Positions 19,291 to 28,355 of a stretch of DNA of 64,000 nucleotides are shown one piece after another. Origin of the DNA: a virus; IMG/VR virus record IMGVR_UViG_3300042402_002841, positions 1 to 64,000 of that record, one strand, 5' to 3'. The translations under genes were made by a program, and so were the position numbers. Numbering within the stretch: position 1 is the stretch's first letter; each line of letters opens with the position of its first letter. The notes under the pieces are model-generated. The model was not told where the DNA came from and ran no database searches. It was given only the letters and a program-made list of their open reading frames with translations.

Positions 19291-19663
19291 TTGCAAGGTT
19301 GTTATTTGTACCTGCTACCGATAAAGTGATAGTAAGACAAGAAAGGAATACACATGGACTTGTCAATTAGTATCCACCCAATGCTGGTGGTAACAATCAT
19401 CACAGCATTTATTGCGCTTCGCATCATGCGGTTTGAGAAACGGGGCACCCGTGTGCGCAAAATAATTCGCAAGTAGGAAGGGCTTTCCGCCACCGTTAAC
19501 AGATTAGGGATATTTGTTAGGGTTTGCTTGCGCCCCTCACTACCATTATTCACGACTTTCGGTGGGTTTCGTTTCGCAATCCTGTGGATAACTTTTTTCT
19601 TCCGAGGTTGTTTTTTGTACCTTCTACCTATATCATGGAAGTATGAGTGGGAAGGAGGTGATT

Positions 19664-19744
19664 ATGTACCCAGTCTATTACACCTGTGAGGTGTGCGGTT
19701 ATGAGTTCGCTTATGACCGACCTGACTCTTGCGATTGCGAGTAG
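19664..19744 (+). CDS. 26-aa zinc-finger-like micropeptide
   Basis: MYPVYYTCEVCGYEFAYDRPDSCDCE; has its own promoter, SD and terminator. Confidence 0.55.
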   Translation: MYPVYYTCEVCGYEFAYDRPDSCDCE

Positions 19745-19986
19745 TCAGCCCTCCGCAAAGCCCTCGTGCGAGTTCCCTCCCTCGCACGGGGGCTTTTTGC
19801 CGTACCCACACCTCCACGCACAGCCCAGCGTTTTTATCCCCACGAACCTGAGATGCTGGGCTCCCCGCCCGCACGGGCGCAAGCAGACTGGATAGGGGTG
19901 CGAGTTTCAGAAAAAAATGTTGTCGTGAGGTTGCTTTTTGTACTTCCTACCTGTATATTGGAAGTATGAGTGGAACGGAGGTGAAA

Positions 19987-20112
19987 ATGTATACGAAATA
20001 TCCCGTGAACGGGTTTTTTCGCCACTGGGGATTAGTCCTCGGCTTGGTGAAGCCCAAGCGCCCAGTGCGCCGTGGGGGCGAGCCTAAGGGCTGTGGTTGC
20101 GAGTCCTGCTAG
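19987..20112 (+). CDS. 41-aa basic peptide
   Basis: Own promoter, GGAGGTGA SD and terminator; ends GCGCESC. Confidence 0.5.
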   Translation: MYTKYPVNGFFRHWGLVLGLVKPKRPVRRGGEPKGCGCESC

Positions 20113-20277
20113 GGCTCGCAATCCCCACCCTTCCATCACAAAGAACCCACCTGCACCCCCACTCGGCAGGTGGGTTCTTTGCTGTCCTAAAACAAGCGCA
20201 AATGCTGGGCTCTCGCAATGTTGTGTTTTTTGGTTTTTCGTAGTATGCTTCTCATAAATCTAACGGAAGGTTACGAG

Positions 20278-21303
20278 ATGGCACACGCACTAGAAATCAA
20301 CGCATTAGGCAAAGCGAAAATGGCTTACGCAGACAGGGAAATCCCGTGGCACAGACTCGGAAAGCCAATGGCTGGGCTCCAAACCGCAGAGGCAATGCTT
20401 GTCGCAGCCCAAGCCGACTTTGATGTTGCACTCACGAAGGTAATCGCCGTAGATGACGACCTGAACCCCCTCCGCAACCCAGATGGCAGCCCCGTGTTTA
20501 TTGAGGACAGCCGAGCCACAGTTCGTTTAAATCCAGACGGAACTATTGATGGTTTGTCTACTGTTGGAACTCGCTTTGTTGTTCAGCAAAACAAGGACTG
20601 TCTTGACCGTGCACTTGCGATTGTCGGGGCCTCAGCGGGAGACGCACTCGTGGACACCTGTGGTGTATTAAACGATGGTCGTGAATTCTTTGCTTGTCTT
20701 GACTTGGGTTCGCTCATTATTGACCCGAACGGCATTAACGACAAAATCCAACGCTATTTGCTTGTACGCAACGGGCATGATGGCAAGACCGCCATCACTT
20801 ATGCAAACACATCAATCCGAGCCGTTTGCAAGAACACTGTCGTAGCGGGGCAGAAGACCGCCTCAGCAGTTTTCACTGCACGACACACACGAAACGCAGA
20901 AGCCGCAATTGAAGATGCAACCGAGGTTCTTAAACTGTCAACTGTTTGGGCAAGCAACTTCAATATTGTTGCAACCCAACTGCTGTCAGTCCCGATTCTC
21001 GCAGGTTCTTCGCAATTAGACAAAGTCGTCAATACCGTATTCCCTCATAGAAAAGACGAAACAGACCGTCAGAAGAAGAACATTGAAGAAATACACACAC
21101 TTGTTCGTGGTTTGTATGTAAACAGCAAAAACGCAGGTGGATACGGATTCAACGGCTGGTCAATGTACAACGCAATCGGCGAATACCTAGACCATTATCG
21201 GGACGCCAAGCCGAACGAACGAGCAATCGCATCAATGGACATCAACTCGTGGGTTACTCGCAAAAAGATTGAAGCACAGCAAACTATTCTTGCGTTAGTT
21301 TGA
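20278..21303 (+). CDS. DUF932 (LGT_TIGR03299-like) protein
   Basis: PWHRLG, NGHDG, IRAVCKNT, HTRN and WSMYNAIGEYLDH motifs. Confidence 0.85.
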   Translation: MAHALEINALGKAKMAYADREIPWHRLGKPMAGLQTAEAMLVAAQADFDVALTKVIAVDDDLNPLRNPDGSPVFIEDSRATVRLNPDGTIDGLSTVGTRFVVQQNKDCLDRALAIVGASAGDALVDTCGVLNDGREFFACLDLGSLIIDPNGINDKIQRYLLVRNGHDGKTAITYANTSIRAVCKNTVVAGQKTASAVFTARHTRNAEAAIEDATEVLKLSTVWASNFNIVATQLLSVPILAGSSQLDKVVNTVFPHRKDETDRQKKNIEEIHTLVRGLYVNSKNAGGYGFNGWSMYNAIGEYLDHYRDAKPNERAIASMDINSWVTRKKIEAQQTILALV

Positions 21304-21346
21304 CACACCCAAGTGAGACAATAGAGTGAACTACAATGGGGGGCGT

Positions 21347-21754
21347 ATGAGCGAACCGTTTGACGAATCGGAAGACCCAAAAGAAATGATGGCTGAGTTT
21401 CTTAGCCAGTTCATGTCTTCAAGCACATCAGAGTACTTGTATCGCAGACACTACTGCGACATTGTTGCCCATAAGGTGTATAACGAGTTCGGTGTTGACG
21501 GAATGTGCGAACTAATGATGGCTATGGATAAGAGAGCCGACTGGATTTCTGACATAATCATTGAAGCACCCGACCTTGATAATATTGCGTTCAAGAAGTA
21601 CGGGACTTTTGATGCAGAACTTGCGAAAAAAGCACGACATACAAAGGCTTTAGAAGAACTTAATCAGAAACTGTGGAGACTCAGAAGAAAGTATGCACGC
21701 CTGATTGTTGATGAAATCATGGGCGAAGAAGAAGAAGAAGAGATACAAAGTTGA
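21347..21754 (+). CDS. hypothetical protein
   Basis: ORF. Confidence 0.6.
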   Translation: MSEPFDESEDPKEMMAEFLSQFMSSSTSEYLYRRHYCDIVAHKVYNEFGVDGMCELMMAMDKRADWISDIIIEAPDLDNIAFKKYGTFDAELAKKARHTKALEELNQKLWRLRRKYARLIVDEIMGEEEEEEIQS

Positions 21755-22062
21755 CAATTCCGTACATTATGCTTGCGGGTGAGGTTGCCCCGTTTTCTGG
21801 AACTGGCGAAGAAGCCGACCAAAACCTAATGACCCACACATGGCAGGAAGTTGAGCAAACATTCCAGCCGTACATTCCTGAAGCATGGAAAAAGCAGGTG
21901 GACATTGATGCGTTTGCGATGACGACACACAAGTGCTCTACATGTGAGGCAATGTGGTTTAGTCAGCAGTCTTATTATCCGTGTGGTAAAGAAGTGCGCC
22001 TGACTGAAGATTTGTGGCTAAAAAAATACCCCAGTAGACCGAAGTATTCCAACGAGCAATAG
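21751..22062 (+). CDS. hypothetical protein
   Basis: Coupled ORF; CSTC motif. Confidence 0.55.
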   Translation: MTIPYIMLAGEVAPFSGTGEEADQNLMTHTWQEVEQTFQPYIPEAWKKQVDIDAFAMTTHKCSTCEAMWFSQQSYYPCGKEVRLTEDLWLKKYPSRPKYSNEQ

Positions 22063-22388
22063 ATTAGTTTGAGGACTTAACTTCCTCTTGATTGACATAA
22101 ATATCTATGCAATCGTTTATGCGTTGCATTCGTTCTTGAATGTCTGAACCTTCATAGTAATAGTTGTCCATAACTTCATATTATCGGTAGTAAGGACAAA
22201 TAACAACTAGCGTGGGTATTTTTCCAGCACATCTTCCCAATTTGCGCCGAACAGAACCATTGTCATTCTTTTGCAAGTCGGGCAAGTCGGGGCTCGCCCA
22301 TCCATGTAGTGCGAGGGAATATCTTTGCATTCACAACGCAGAATTATCTCAATACCGTATTGTGCTATCAAAGACTCACGAGACATGG

Positions 22389-22931
22389 TTACGGGAACAC
22401 TCTGCCACTAGTTGCTTTCCAGTGAGACATACCACCATTTTTATACAGATACTTAGCAACCTTCAAGTTGCACTCTGGGTCTTGCAGGACCAGCATCTTG
22501 CCAAACTTTGTTTTGCATACTTTGGCTGTTACGGTTTTCCAACTGCTATTGATTTGCAACAGCCCGACATCGTATGACCTGACTGCCTTGCATTTGCGAT
22601 AAGTGCTGGCGTGAGAAAGTTTGCAGTCCCGATGACTCATGCCTTTGTGGTAGTTCCAACCGACAGCCTTTGCTTGACATCGGGATTCACGCCACATAAT
22701 TGGTGCAAATACTTTGACTGGCAGACCGTGCTTACGCAGTGCGCTGTGCCACTTTTGGCAGGGGAGCGAACTCGTGGAGCCAACACCGTTGACTACTTCC
22801 GTCTTTGCGACCACACCTCCGTTCTGAGTTAGTGGCGAGGTCGGGGCCTCAGCCTTAGCCACAGATGGCGTAATGGTCAATAAAGAAATGGCAATAGCCA
22901 TAAGGTGTTTCTTACTCAAAGTGTTCTCCAA
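22389..22931 (-). CDS. secreted lysozyme-like/SLT transglycosylase
   Basis: Signal peptide; IMWRESRC catalytic Glu; DVGLLQIN; DPECNL...GMSHW. Confidence 0.75.
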   Translation of the reverse strand: MENTLSKKHLMAIAISLLTITPSVAKAEAPTSPLTQNGGVVAKTEVVNGVGSTSSLPCQKWHSALRKHGLPVKVFAPIMWRESRCQAKAVGWNYHKGMSHRDCKLSHASTYRKCKAVRSYDVGLLQINSSWKTVTAKVCKTKFGKMLVLQDPECNLKVAKYLYKNGGMSHWKATSGRVFP

Positions 22932-23102
22932 TGCTCGGCGGATAGGTCAACAAGCAAATAACAAGCGCTTGCCTATGTCGTCGTCAGCCCTTAACTGAAC
23001 ACTTCTATTTTACTACCTACACACTCGTTTGCAACCATCATGAAACCCTTACCCAATAAGGCTTTTACGAGGTTACCTTCTAAAACCCTTGTAAAATAAG
23101 GC

Positions 23103-23387
23103 TTAAATATCCCCGTTTTCTTTCAAAAAGTTTTTGATGTACTCTTCGGGCTCAATAATCGTGAAATTAGCACTAAAACTAACGCCATCTTCACTATCTG
23201 TGGGCTTAAACATCATTGAATCAAGAAGGTGCCCCGCTACTTCTTCATAATCTTCCAACATTTCTTGCTCTTCTTGAGGGGTTAATTTATTGAAATCAAC
23301 GAAAGCCATCTCAAGCATCATTTTAGAAATGTGTTTGATAACAGAAAGGCGTACTTCAAATTCATTTTGTTTTGTCATGAGTTGCAT
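23103..23387 (-). CDS. hypothetical acidic protein
   Basis: ORF; start uncertain. Confidence 0.5.
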   Translation of the reverse strand: MQLMTKQNEFEVRLSVIKHISKMMLEMAFVDFNKLTPQEEQEMLEDYEEVAGHLLDSMMFKPTDSEDGVSFSANFTIIEPEEYIKNFLKENGDI

Positions 23388-23453
23388 CGTACCGTTAATA
23401 CTGATAAAGTTCAACCCAGTCGGATAAAACCGAAACATTGGAGATAAACAATT

Positions 23454-23882
23454 ATGGCAATTACACCAACAACAATCGTGGGAAACCTCACATCAGACCC
23501 CGAGTTAAAGTACACAAGCAATCAGAAGGCTCAGTTGAAGTTTTCTGTTGCAGTGAACGACAACTACACAGACGCATCAGGAGAGAAAGTTGAAAAGACT
23601 TCCTACTTCAATGTGGTTGCATGGGGTTACTTGGCTGAGAACTCAGCAAATGTTCTTGAAAAGGGCATGGGCGTAGTCGTGGTCGGGACTCTTGACCAAC
23701 GCTCATGGGATGACAAAGAAACTGGACAGAAGCGTTCAACCGTAGAAGTTAAAGCAATGGAAGTTGGACTCCGTGCTGGCTCACTTGAGTCAGTGGAGCG
23801 TCGCCGTGCAAATAGCACTGGCGATTCAAAGCCAACACCTCCACGCACAAAGCAAACAGTCCCAGCAGACGAACCTTTCTAA
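23454..23882 (+). CDS. ssb: single-stranded DNA-binding protein
   Basis: IVGNLTSDPELKYT OB-fold start; C-terminal DEPF. Confidence 0.92.
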   Translation: MAITPTTIVGNLTSDPELKYTSNQKAQLKFSVAVNDNYTDASGEKVEKTSYFNVVAWGYLAENSANVLEKGMGVVVVGTLDQRSWDDKETGQKRSTVEVKAMEVGLRAGSLESVERRRANSTGDSKPTPPRTKQTVPADEPF

Positions 23883-23950
23883 TACAAGTTCCCTCCTAAG
23901 GATGCGAGCCCCACCTGAGAAATCGGGTGGGGTTTTGCTATTGTGGGGCA

Positions 23951-24361
23951 ATGACGACAGAACACCGTAAAGCACCTCGTAGAGAAGTCGTTGACATCAG
24001 GAGAGTTGGTGGTTGGGGCTCGGTTGTTTATCATCATGTGTTGTCTTGTGGTCACATTGAGAAAAGACCCCGTGCAACAAAAGCCCCGAAATTAGCATGC
24101 GTGTTTTGTTTGCGTGCAGAAGAAGTCGTAAAGACGATGTCATCATTAAAGACGCCAATCAAGTCGGAAGTTCTTGATGATGAAGAGTTCGCATCGTTTG
24201 AAACAAAAGTGCAAATGATTAAAGCATCACTCGCTTCACAAATGAACATTCCAATTGACGCTGTTGATGTTGCAATTGCAGACGAAGCAGGTATCCTTCG
24301 CATTCGTTACGCAACAATCTTTCTCACCGAAAAAGATGTTCGTAAAATTACGGGGCTCTAG
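23951..24361 (+). CDS. hypothetical protein with CGH/CxxC motif
   Basis: ORF in the replication operon. Confidence 0.6.
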   Translation: MTTEHRKAPRREVVDIRRVGGWGSVVYHHVLSCGHIEKRPRATKAPKLACVFCLRAEEVVKTMSSLKTPIKSEVLDDEEFASFETKVQMIKASLASQMNIPIDAVDVAIADEAGILRIRYATIFLTEKDVRKITGL

Positions 24362-24370
24362 GGAGGCAAT

Positions 24371-24733
24371 GTGGAACAAGGTAGTTTTTCGCCTGAAAAC
24401 GGTATATGCAAAGGTCACCCAACAGAGTGGTGGTATCCGTTGCAGAAAACTGGCAGACGAGAAGAACTTGTAGAGATACGAAATAACACAGAGCGAGCAA
24501 AGACGATTTGCAATCAATGTCCAGTGAATCTAGAATGTCTTGAGTATTCACTAAAGTGGGAACCGTGGGGTATTTGGGGTGGTAAAGATGAACAAGAGCG
24601 AGCACAACTTCGCTGGTCAAAACAAGTTCACCTTGGTCGTGAGGGGCGCATAGTTTTCAGAGGAATCGGATTGCGTGATGCAAACGGTGGAGACTTCCTG
24701 AAGAAAACAGTTTTTGACAATGACTACGCTTAA
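24371..24733 (+). CDS. whiB: WhiB-family Fe-S transcription factor
   Basis: C...AKTICNQCPVNLECLEYSL...GIWGG. Confidence 0.9.
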   Translation: MEQGSFSPENGICKGHPTEWWYPLQKTGRREELVEIRNNTERAKTICNQCPVNLECLEYSLKWEPWGIWGGKDEQERAQLRWSKQVHLGREGRIVFRGIGLRDANGGDFLKKTVFDNDYA

Positions 24734-26435
24734 ACACACAGACGAATTTTTATCTCGCCTAAAGGGTGTATCCGAGACAGGTAATGGCTGGCAAGCACGC
24801 TGTCCGTGCCGTCACGATGATGAGAACCCATCTCTTTCTGTGTCCGAAGACGAGCGCACGGGAAACATCTTGGTTACTTGCCATCGGGGCTCACCATGTT
24901 CATCAAAAGAGATTTGCGAAGCAATGGGTGTTACACAAGCCGCATTGTTCCCACCTCAGAAGCGCACTAAAGAAAAACTTGAACTCGTTAAGTCATATGA
25001 CTATACTGATGAAGAAGGCAATCTCTTATTTCAGAAATTGCGTTATGTGGATAGTGCTGGCAAGAAGACATTTCGCCAACGCAAACCAGACGGTCGTGGT
25101 GGCTGGGAGTACTCACTGGGCGATACGCCAAAAGTTTTATACAACCTTCCAACGGTAATTAAGGGAATCCGAGAGGGATACCCGATTTGGATTGTTGAGG
25201 GCGAGAAAGATGCTGACACTCTCACTGAGATGGGCATTATCGCAACCACAATGCCAGGCGGGGCTGGGAAGTGGCTGGAAATACACACCAATACACTCGC
25301 AGGTGGAACAATTGTTGTGGTCGCAGACAATGACGAACCAGGAATTGCCCACGCAAAGGTCGTAACAGAAGAACTTGCTAAAGCAGGATGCGATGTGTCT
25401 GCTTGGCGCACACCACAGTGCAAAGATATAACCGATTTCCTCGCTATTGACGGAGACCTTGATGATTTGTTGGTTATTGAAGACTTCGCCACACCTGCCC
25501 CGCAGGTGGCGGTACAGGAACCCGTAGTCAATCCTTTCAGTGAAGCGAGACTCAAACTGGAACAGTTGCTTTTACGCAACGACCTCAGTCCTCAGCAGAT
25601 TGTCACAAAAGCACACGACATTGCGTTATCAGTTGGTCGTGAGAAGCCGATGGATTTTGGCAGACTCGTTAGTTGGGACTCGTTTGTTAAAGAAAGTAGT
25701 GATGACTCATATGATTGGGTTATTGATGATTTGATTGAGCGCACTGAGCGTGTTATTGTTGTGGCGGCTGAAGGCGTTGGAAAGACAATGCTTGCTAGAC
25801 AGATTGCCATACTCTCGGGTTGCGGAGTACACCCGTTCACTTATCAGCGAATGAAACAAATCAGAACGCTGACGATTGACTTGGAAAACCCTGAACGCAT
25901 TATTCGCCGTACATCACGAAGCATCTACGGTGCTGCGATGGGGCGGGGCTACACGAACTCGCCGACAGCAGAACTTCTTGTAAAACCATCAGGGTTTGAC
26001 TTGATGAAGCCTGAAGATAGACAGGCATTAGAGCAAGCAATTGAGGAAGCAAAACCCGAACTTCTCGTTATGGGTCCGCTGTACAAAGCGTTCGTAGACC
26101 CAGGTGGTCGCACGGCAGAAGCAGTTGCTATTGAGGTTGCTAAGTATCTTGACTATGTGCGAGATACATACAAATGTGCATTGTGGCTGGAACACCACGC
26201 TCCATTGGGAGAAAGTATGACCAATCGTCAATTGCGCCCGTTCGGCTCCGCTGTGTGGTCCCGTTGGCCAGAGTTCGGCATCTCCCTTACACCCGACATT
26301 TCTTCAGGAACTGCCTACACATATGATGTCAAGCATTTCCGAGGTGCTCGTGACGATAGGCCTTGGCCTACTAGAATTAGGAGAGGGAAATTATTCCCTT
26401 TTGAGGTCATTGAGTACGCTAAGGTAAATAAATGA
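24714..26435 (+). CDS. primase-helicase (Zn finger + TOPRIM + RepA/AAA_25-type helicase)
   Basis: CPCRHDDENPSLS, IVEGEKDAD, DNDEPG, AAEGVGKT, DLEN and LEHHA motifs. Confidence 0.85.
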   Translation: MTMTTLKHTDEFLSRLKGVSETGNGWQARCPCRHDDENPSLSVSEDERTGNILVTCHRGSPCSSKEICEAMGVTQAALFPPQKRTKEKLELVKSYDYTDEEGNLLFQKLRYVDSAGKKTFRQRKPDGRGGWEYSLGDTPKVLYNLPTVIKGIREGYPIWIVEGEKDADTLTEMGIIATTMPGGAGKWLEIHTNTLAGGTIVVVADNDEPGIAHAKVVTEELAKAGCDVSAWRTPQCKDITDFLAIDGDLDDLLVIEDFATPAPQVAVQEPVVNPFSEARLKLEQLLLRNDLSPQQIVTKAHDIALSVGREKPMDFGRLVSWDSFVKESSDDSYDWVIDDLIERTERVIVVAAEGVGKTMLARQIAILSGCGVHPFTYQRMKQIRTLTIDLENPERIIRRTSRSIYGAAMGRGYTNSPTAELLVKPSGFDLMKPEDRQALEQAIEEAKPELLVMGPLYKAFVDPGGRTAEAVAIEVAKYLDYVRDTYKCALWLEHHAPLGESMTNRQLRPFGSAVWSRWPEFGISLTPDISSGTAYTYDVKHFRGARDDRPWPTRIRRGKLFPFEVIEYAKVNK

Positions 26436-27037
26436 GCGAACAACGCAGTAACAAGGTAATGACTAAAGAGTACCTTGCCGAAAGAGACTTGCGTATTTTC
26501 AAGATGCGTCAGGCTGGCGTTTCTGTAGCCGAGATTGCTAGAAGGTTTGACATCTCGTCTGCGTCTGTGAACAGAGCGGTACAAAGACAGTTGGAGAAAC
26601 TCAACAAGGAAGCACTGATGGCTTATCCTGAAGTTCTCCGTATGGAACTGGAACGCCTAGACAACCTACAAGCGGCTATTTGGCCCCTAACACAGCATCG
26701 CAAGGTCAAGATGGATGACGGGACTGAGGTGGCCGTAGAACCAGACCTGAAGGCTATTCAGCAGGTTTTGTCCATTATGGACAGGCGCACAAAGTTGCTC
26801 GGCATGGAGGCAACAAACATCAATGTACAGATGGATGTTCGTGGTAGCGAAACAGTCAAGGCGAGTCTCGCTGGTGAAGCAAACAAGGCTGCCGCCATTG
26901 ATGCTTTTGACCCAGAAACAGAAGCCAGAAAACTTTTGGAACTCATGGGCGCATCTGGCGTATTGCCTCCATCTGCGGTTGCTGGTATCCTCGGTGAAGC
27001 ACCAATTCAGGAAGCGGAAGTGGTTGAAGATGAGTGA
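26432..27037 (+). CDS. HTH protein, possible terminase small subunit
   Basis: MRQAGVSVAEIARRF...LERLDNL...RRTKLLG pattern. Confidence 0.55.
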   Translation: MSEQRSNKVMTKEYLAERDLRIFKMRQAGVSVAEIARRFDISSASVNRAVQRQLEKLNKEALMAYPEVLRMELERLDNLQAAIWPLTQHRKVKMDDGTEVAVEPDLKAIQQVLSIMDRRTKLLGMEATNINVQMDVRGSETVKASLAGEANKAAAIDAFDPETEARKLLELMGASGVLPPSAVAGILGEAPIQEAEVVEDE

Positions 27038-27347
27038 CGAACAAGAATTTGACAATTTAGTATCGGCTATTGAACGAGAGGCGCAATCTGCCGATAAGGC
27101 TATTGCTCATGAGATTTCTCCTGAGGATGGCCCCGCTGGAAAGAACATACTCATCCGTCTTACAGAGAAAGACAGAGAGAGATGGAAGGAAGCCGCAGAA
27201 AAGATGGGCGTAACCGTTTCTCAAATGATTAGAGATACGGTCAACGCTAAAGTTCAGGATGTAATTGATTGTTCACACCCAATCAGTAGTCGTAGATACT
27301 ACCCGTGGTCTGAATTTTGTCTAGCCTGTGGGACTAGACTTCGGTGA
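27030..27347 (+). CDS. ribbon-helix-helix DNA-binding protein
   Basis: ILIRLTEKDRERWKEAAEKMGVTVSQMIR. Confidence 0.65.
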   Translation: MSDEQEFDNLVSAIEREAQSADKAIAHEISPEDGPAGKNILIRLTEKDRERWKEAAEKMGVTVSQMIRDTVNAKVQDVIDCSHPISSRRYYPWSEFCLACGTRLR

Positions 27348-27692
27348 ATGCGCCCGTACAGGTATCTGTCGCTGTGACGGCTCGCAGGTATGCAATTTGC
27401 AAAAAGTGTCCCCATATGAGAAAATGGCGCAAGACATGCAAGGTTTGCGGTTGCCTCTTGCTTACTAAGGTAAAGTTTGAGCAGGAATCTTGCCCGATTG
27501 GAAAGTGGTAGTTATGGTAGAGATACTTATTGCGGTGATTTGTGTATGGATGTTGGTTTTAAACTACTTCATTCTAAAACTAGCAAAAGCATCAAAAGTT
27601 CACGAACGCCACATCTTTGAGATGACTTCTAAAATTCGTGGCTTGAAACTCGCCGTCAAAATTCTCGGGGCTCGTCGCTTCGTAGACGCTGA

Positions 27693-28355
27693 TTAGTTTC
27701 TGGCTCTACGGGAAGCATTCGCTGCACTTCGTGTATTTGCAACAAACTGATTGCCTGCCCGACTTCCCGTGATTTTCTTACGATTCGTCGCTGCCCTCTG
27801 CGCTGGTGTAAGACGACTCCAAGCAGAAGAGGGAAGATAGCGACGAGTGCCACCTTTACGAATCGCTGGTTTACCATCTGAAGTTCTCCACTTCTCTCTT
27901 GTCCACTTCTTTAGTGAACGCTGTGTTTTGCGAACACCGCCTCTGTAGCCACCGCCCGCTTTGCGATACTCCAATGCTACCAACTGTGCTTTGCGAGCAG
28001 ACCACTGACCTGGCTTACCACCCTTACTGCCAGCCATAATTCTATTCTTAATGCGCTCACGCAACTCTGGCTTTGTGTACTTTAGTGACTTGATATCAAA
28101 TGACGGGGCCTCATTAATGAACGACTTCGTGGACACATTGACCCATTCAAGAGTCTTGCCTCTGACTTCTCTTTCTTGTTTTGGTGGTTCTTCCCAATAA
28201 CCACGAGAGAGAACAACATCAACTTCAACATAAAGTTTGTCGTTTGAATTTCCCTTAATAATGTAGCCAATTCGTGTTTTTTTGCCATTTTCTTCTTCGT
28301 CATGGGTGTAGAAGAGTTTGTCACTACCACGAACTGCTATTAGTTCTTTTCTCAT
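27693..28355 (-). CDS. DUF5872-like basic protein
   Basis: YTKPELRERIK...GGKPGQWSARKAQL...SLKKWTREKW pattern. Confidence 0.65.
   Translation of the reverse strand: MRKELIAVRGSDKLFYTHDEEENGKKTRIGYIIKGNSNDKLYVEVDVVLSRGYWEEPPKQEREVRGKTLEWVNVSTKSFINEAPSFDIKSLKYTKPELRERIKNRIMAGSKGGKPGQWSARKAQLVALEYRKAGGGYRGGVRKTQRSLKKWTREKWRTSDGKPAIRKGGTRRYLPSSAWSRLTPAQRAATNRKKITGSRAGNQFVANTRSAANASRRARN

Larger units (their letters stand above)
3181..19512 (+). repeat. Seven copies of TTTCCGCCACCGT-N5-GATTAG-(R)AAACAC
   Basis: Exact 13-mer at 3181, 6621, 8951, 11415, 13814, 16307 and 19484; all intergenic and in the same orientation. The GATTAG part is present in six of seven. Confidence 0.9.
13937..19862. repeat. 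Bipartite inverted repeats AGCCCAG-N26/27-CTGGGCT
   Basis: 13937-13976 (N26), 16431-16471, 16876-16916 and 19822-19862 (N27), plus an N36 variant at 14354. Each lies about 55-70 bp upstream of a conserved promoter. Confidence 0.75.
2069..22206. promoter_or_regulatory. Family of about 33 conserved early promoters, mostly leaderless
   Basis: Consensus aggTTGTnn-N17 (containing ACYTACWACCKR)-TAnnnT-N6-ATG. -35 starts on +: 4289, 4922, 5501, 6101, 6426, 6779, 7234, 7688, 8421, 9074, 9379, 10146, 10915, 11272, 11558, 11927, 12607, 13279, 14045, 14467, 14929, 15305, 16050, 16539, 16973, 19299, 19608, 19931. On -: about 2101, 2806, 3914, 4264, 22206. Confidence 0.9.

Noticed and set aside
19583-19591. 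Single TGTGGATAA DnaA box
   Set aside because: An isolated 9-mer is plausible by chance.
2069-22206. Repeated ~35-bp motif read as a CRISPR or attC array
   Set aside because: Copies are degenerate, non-palindromic and separated by whole genes. The geometry matches -35/-10 promoters, and no cas or integrase gene is seen.
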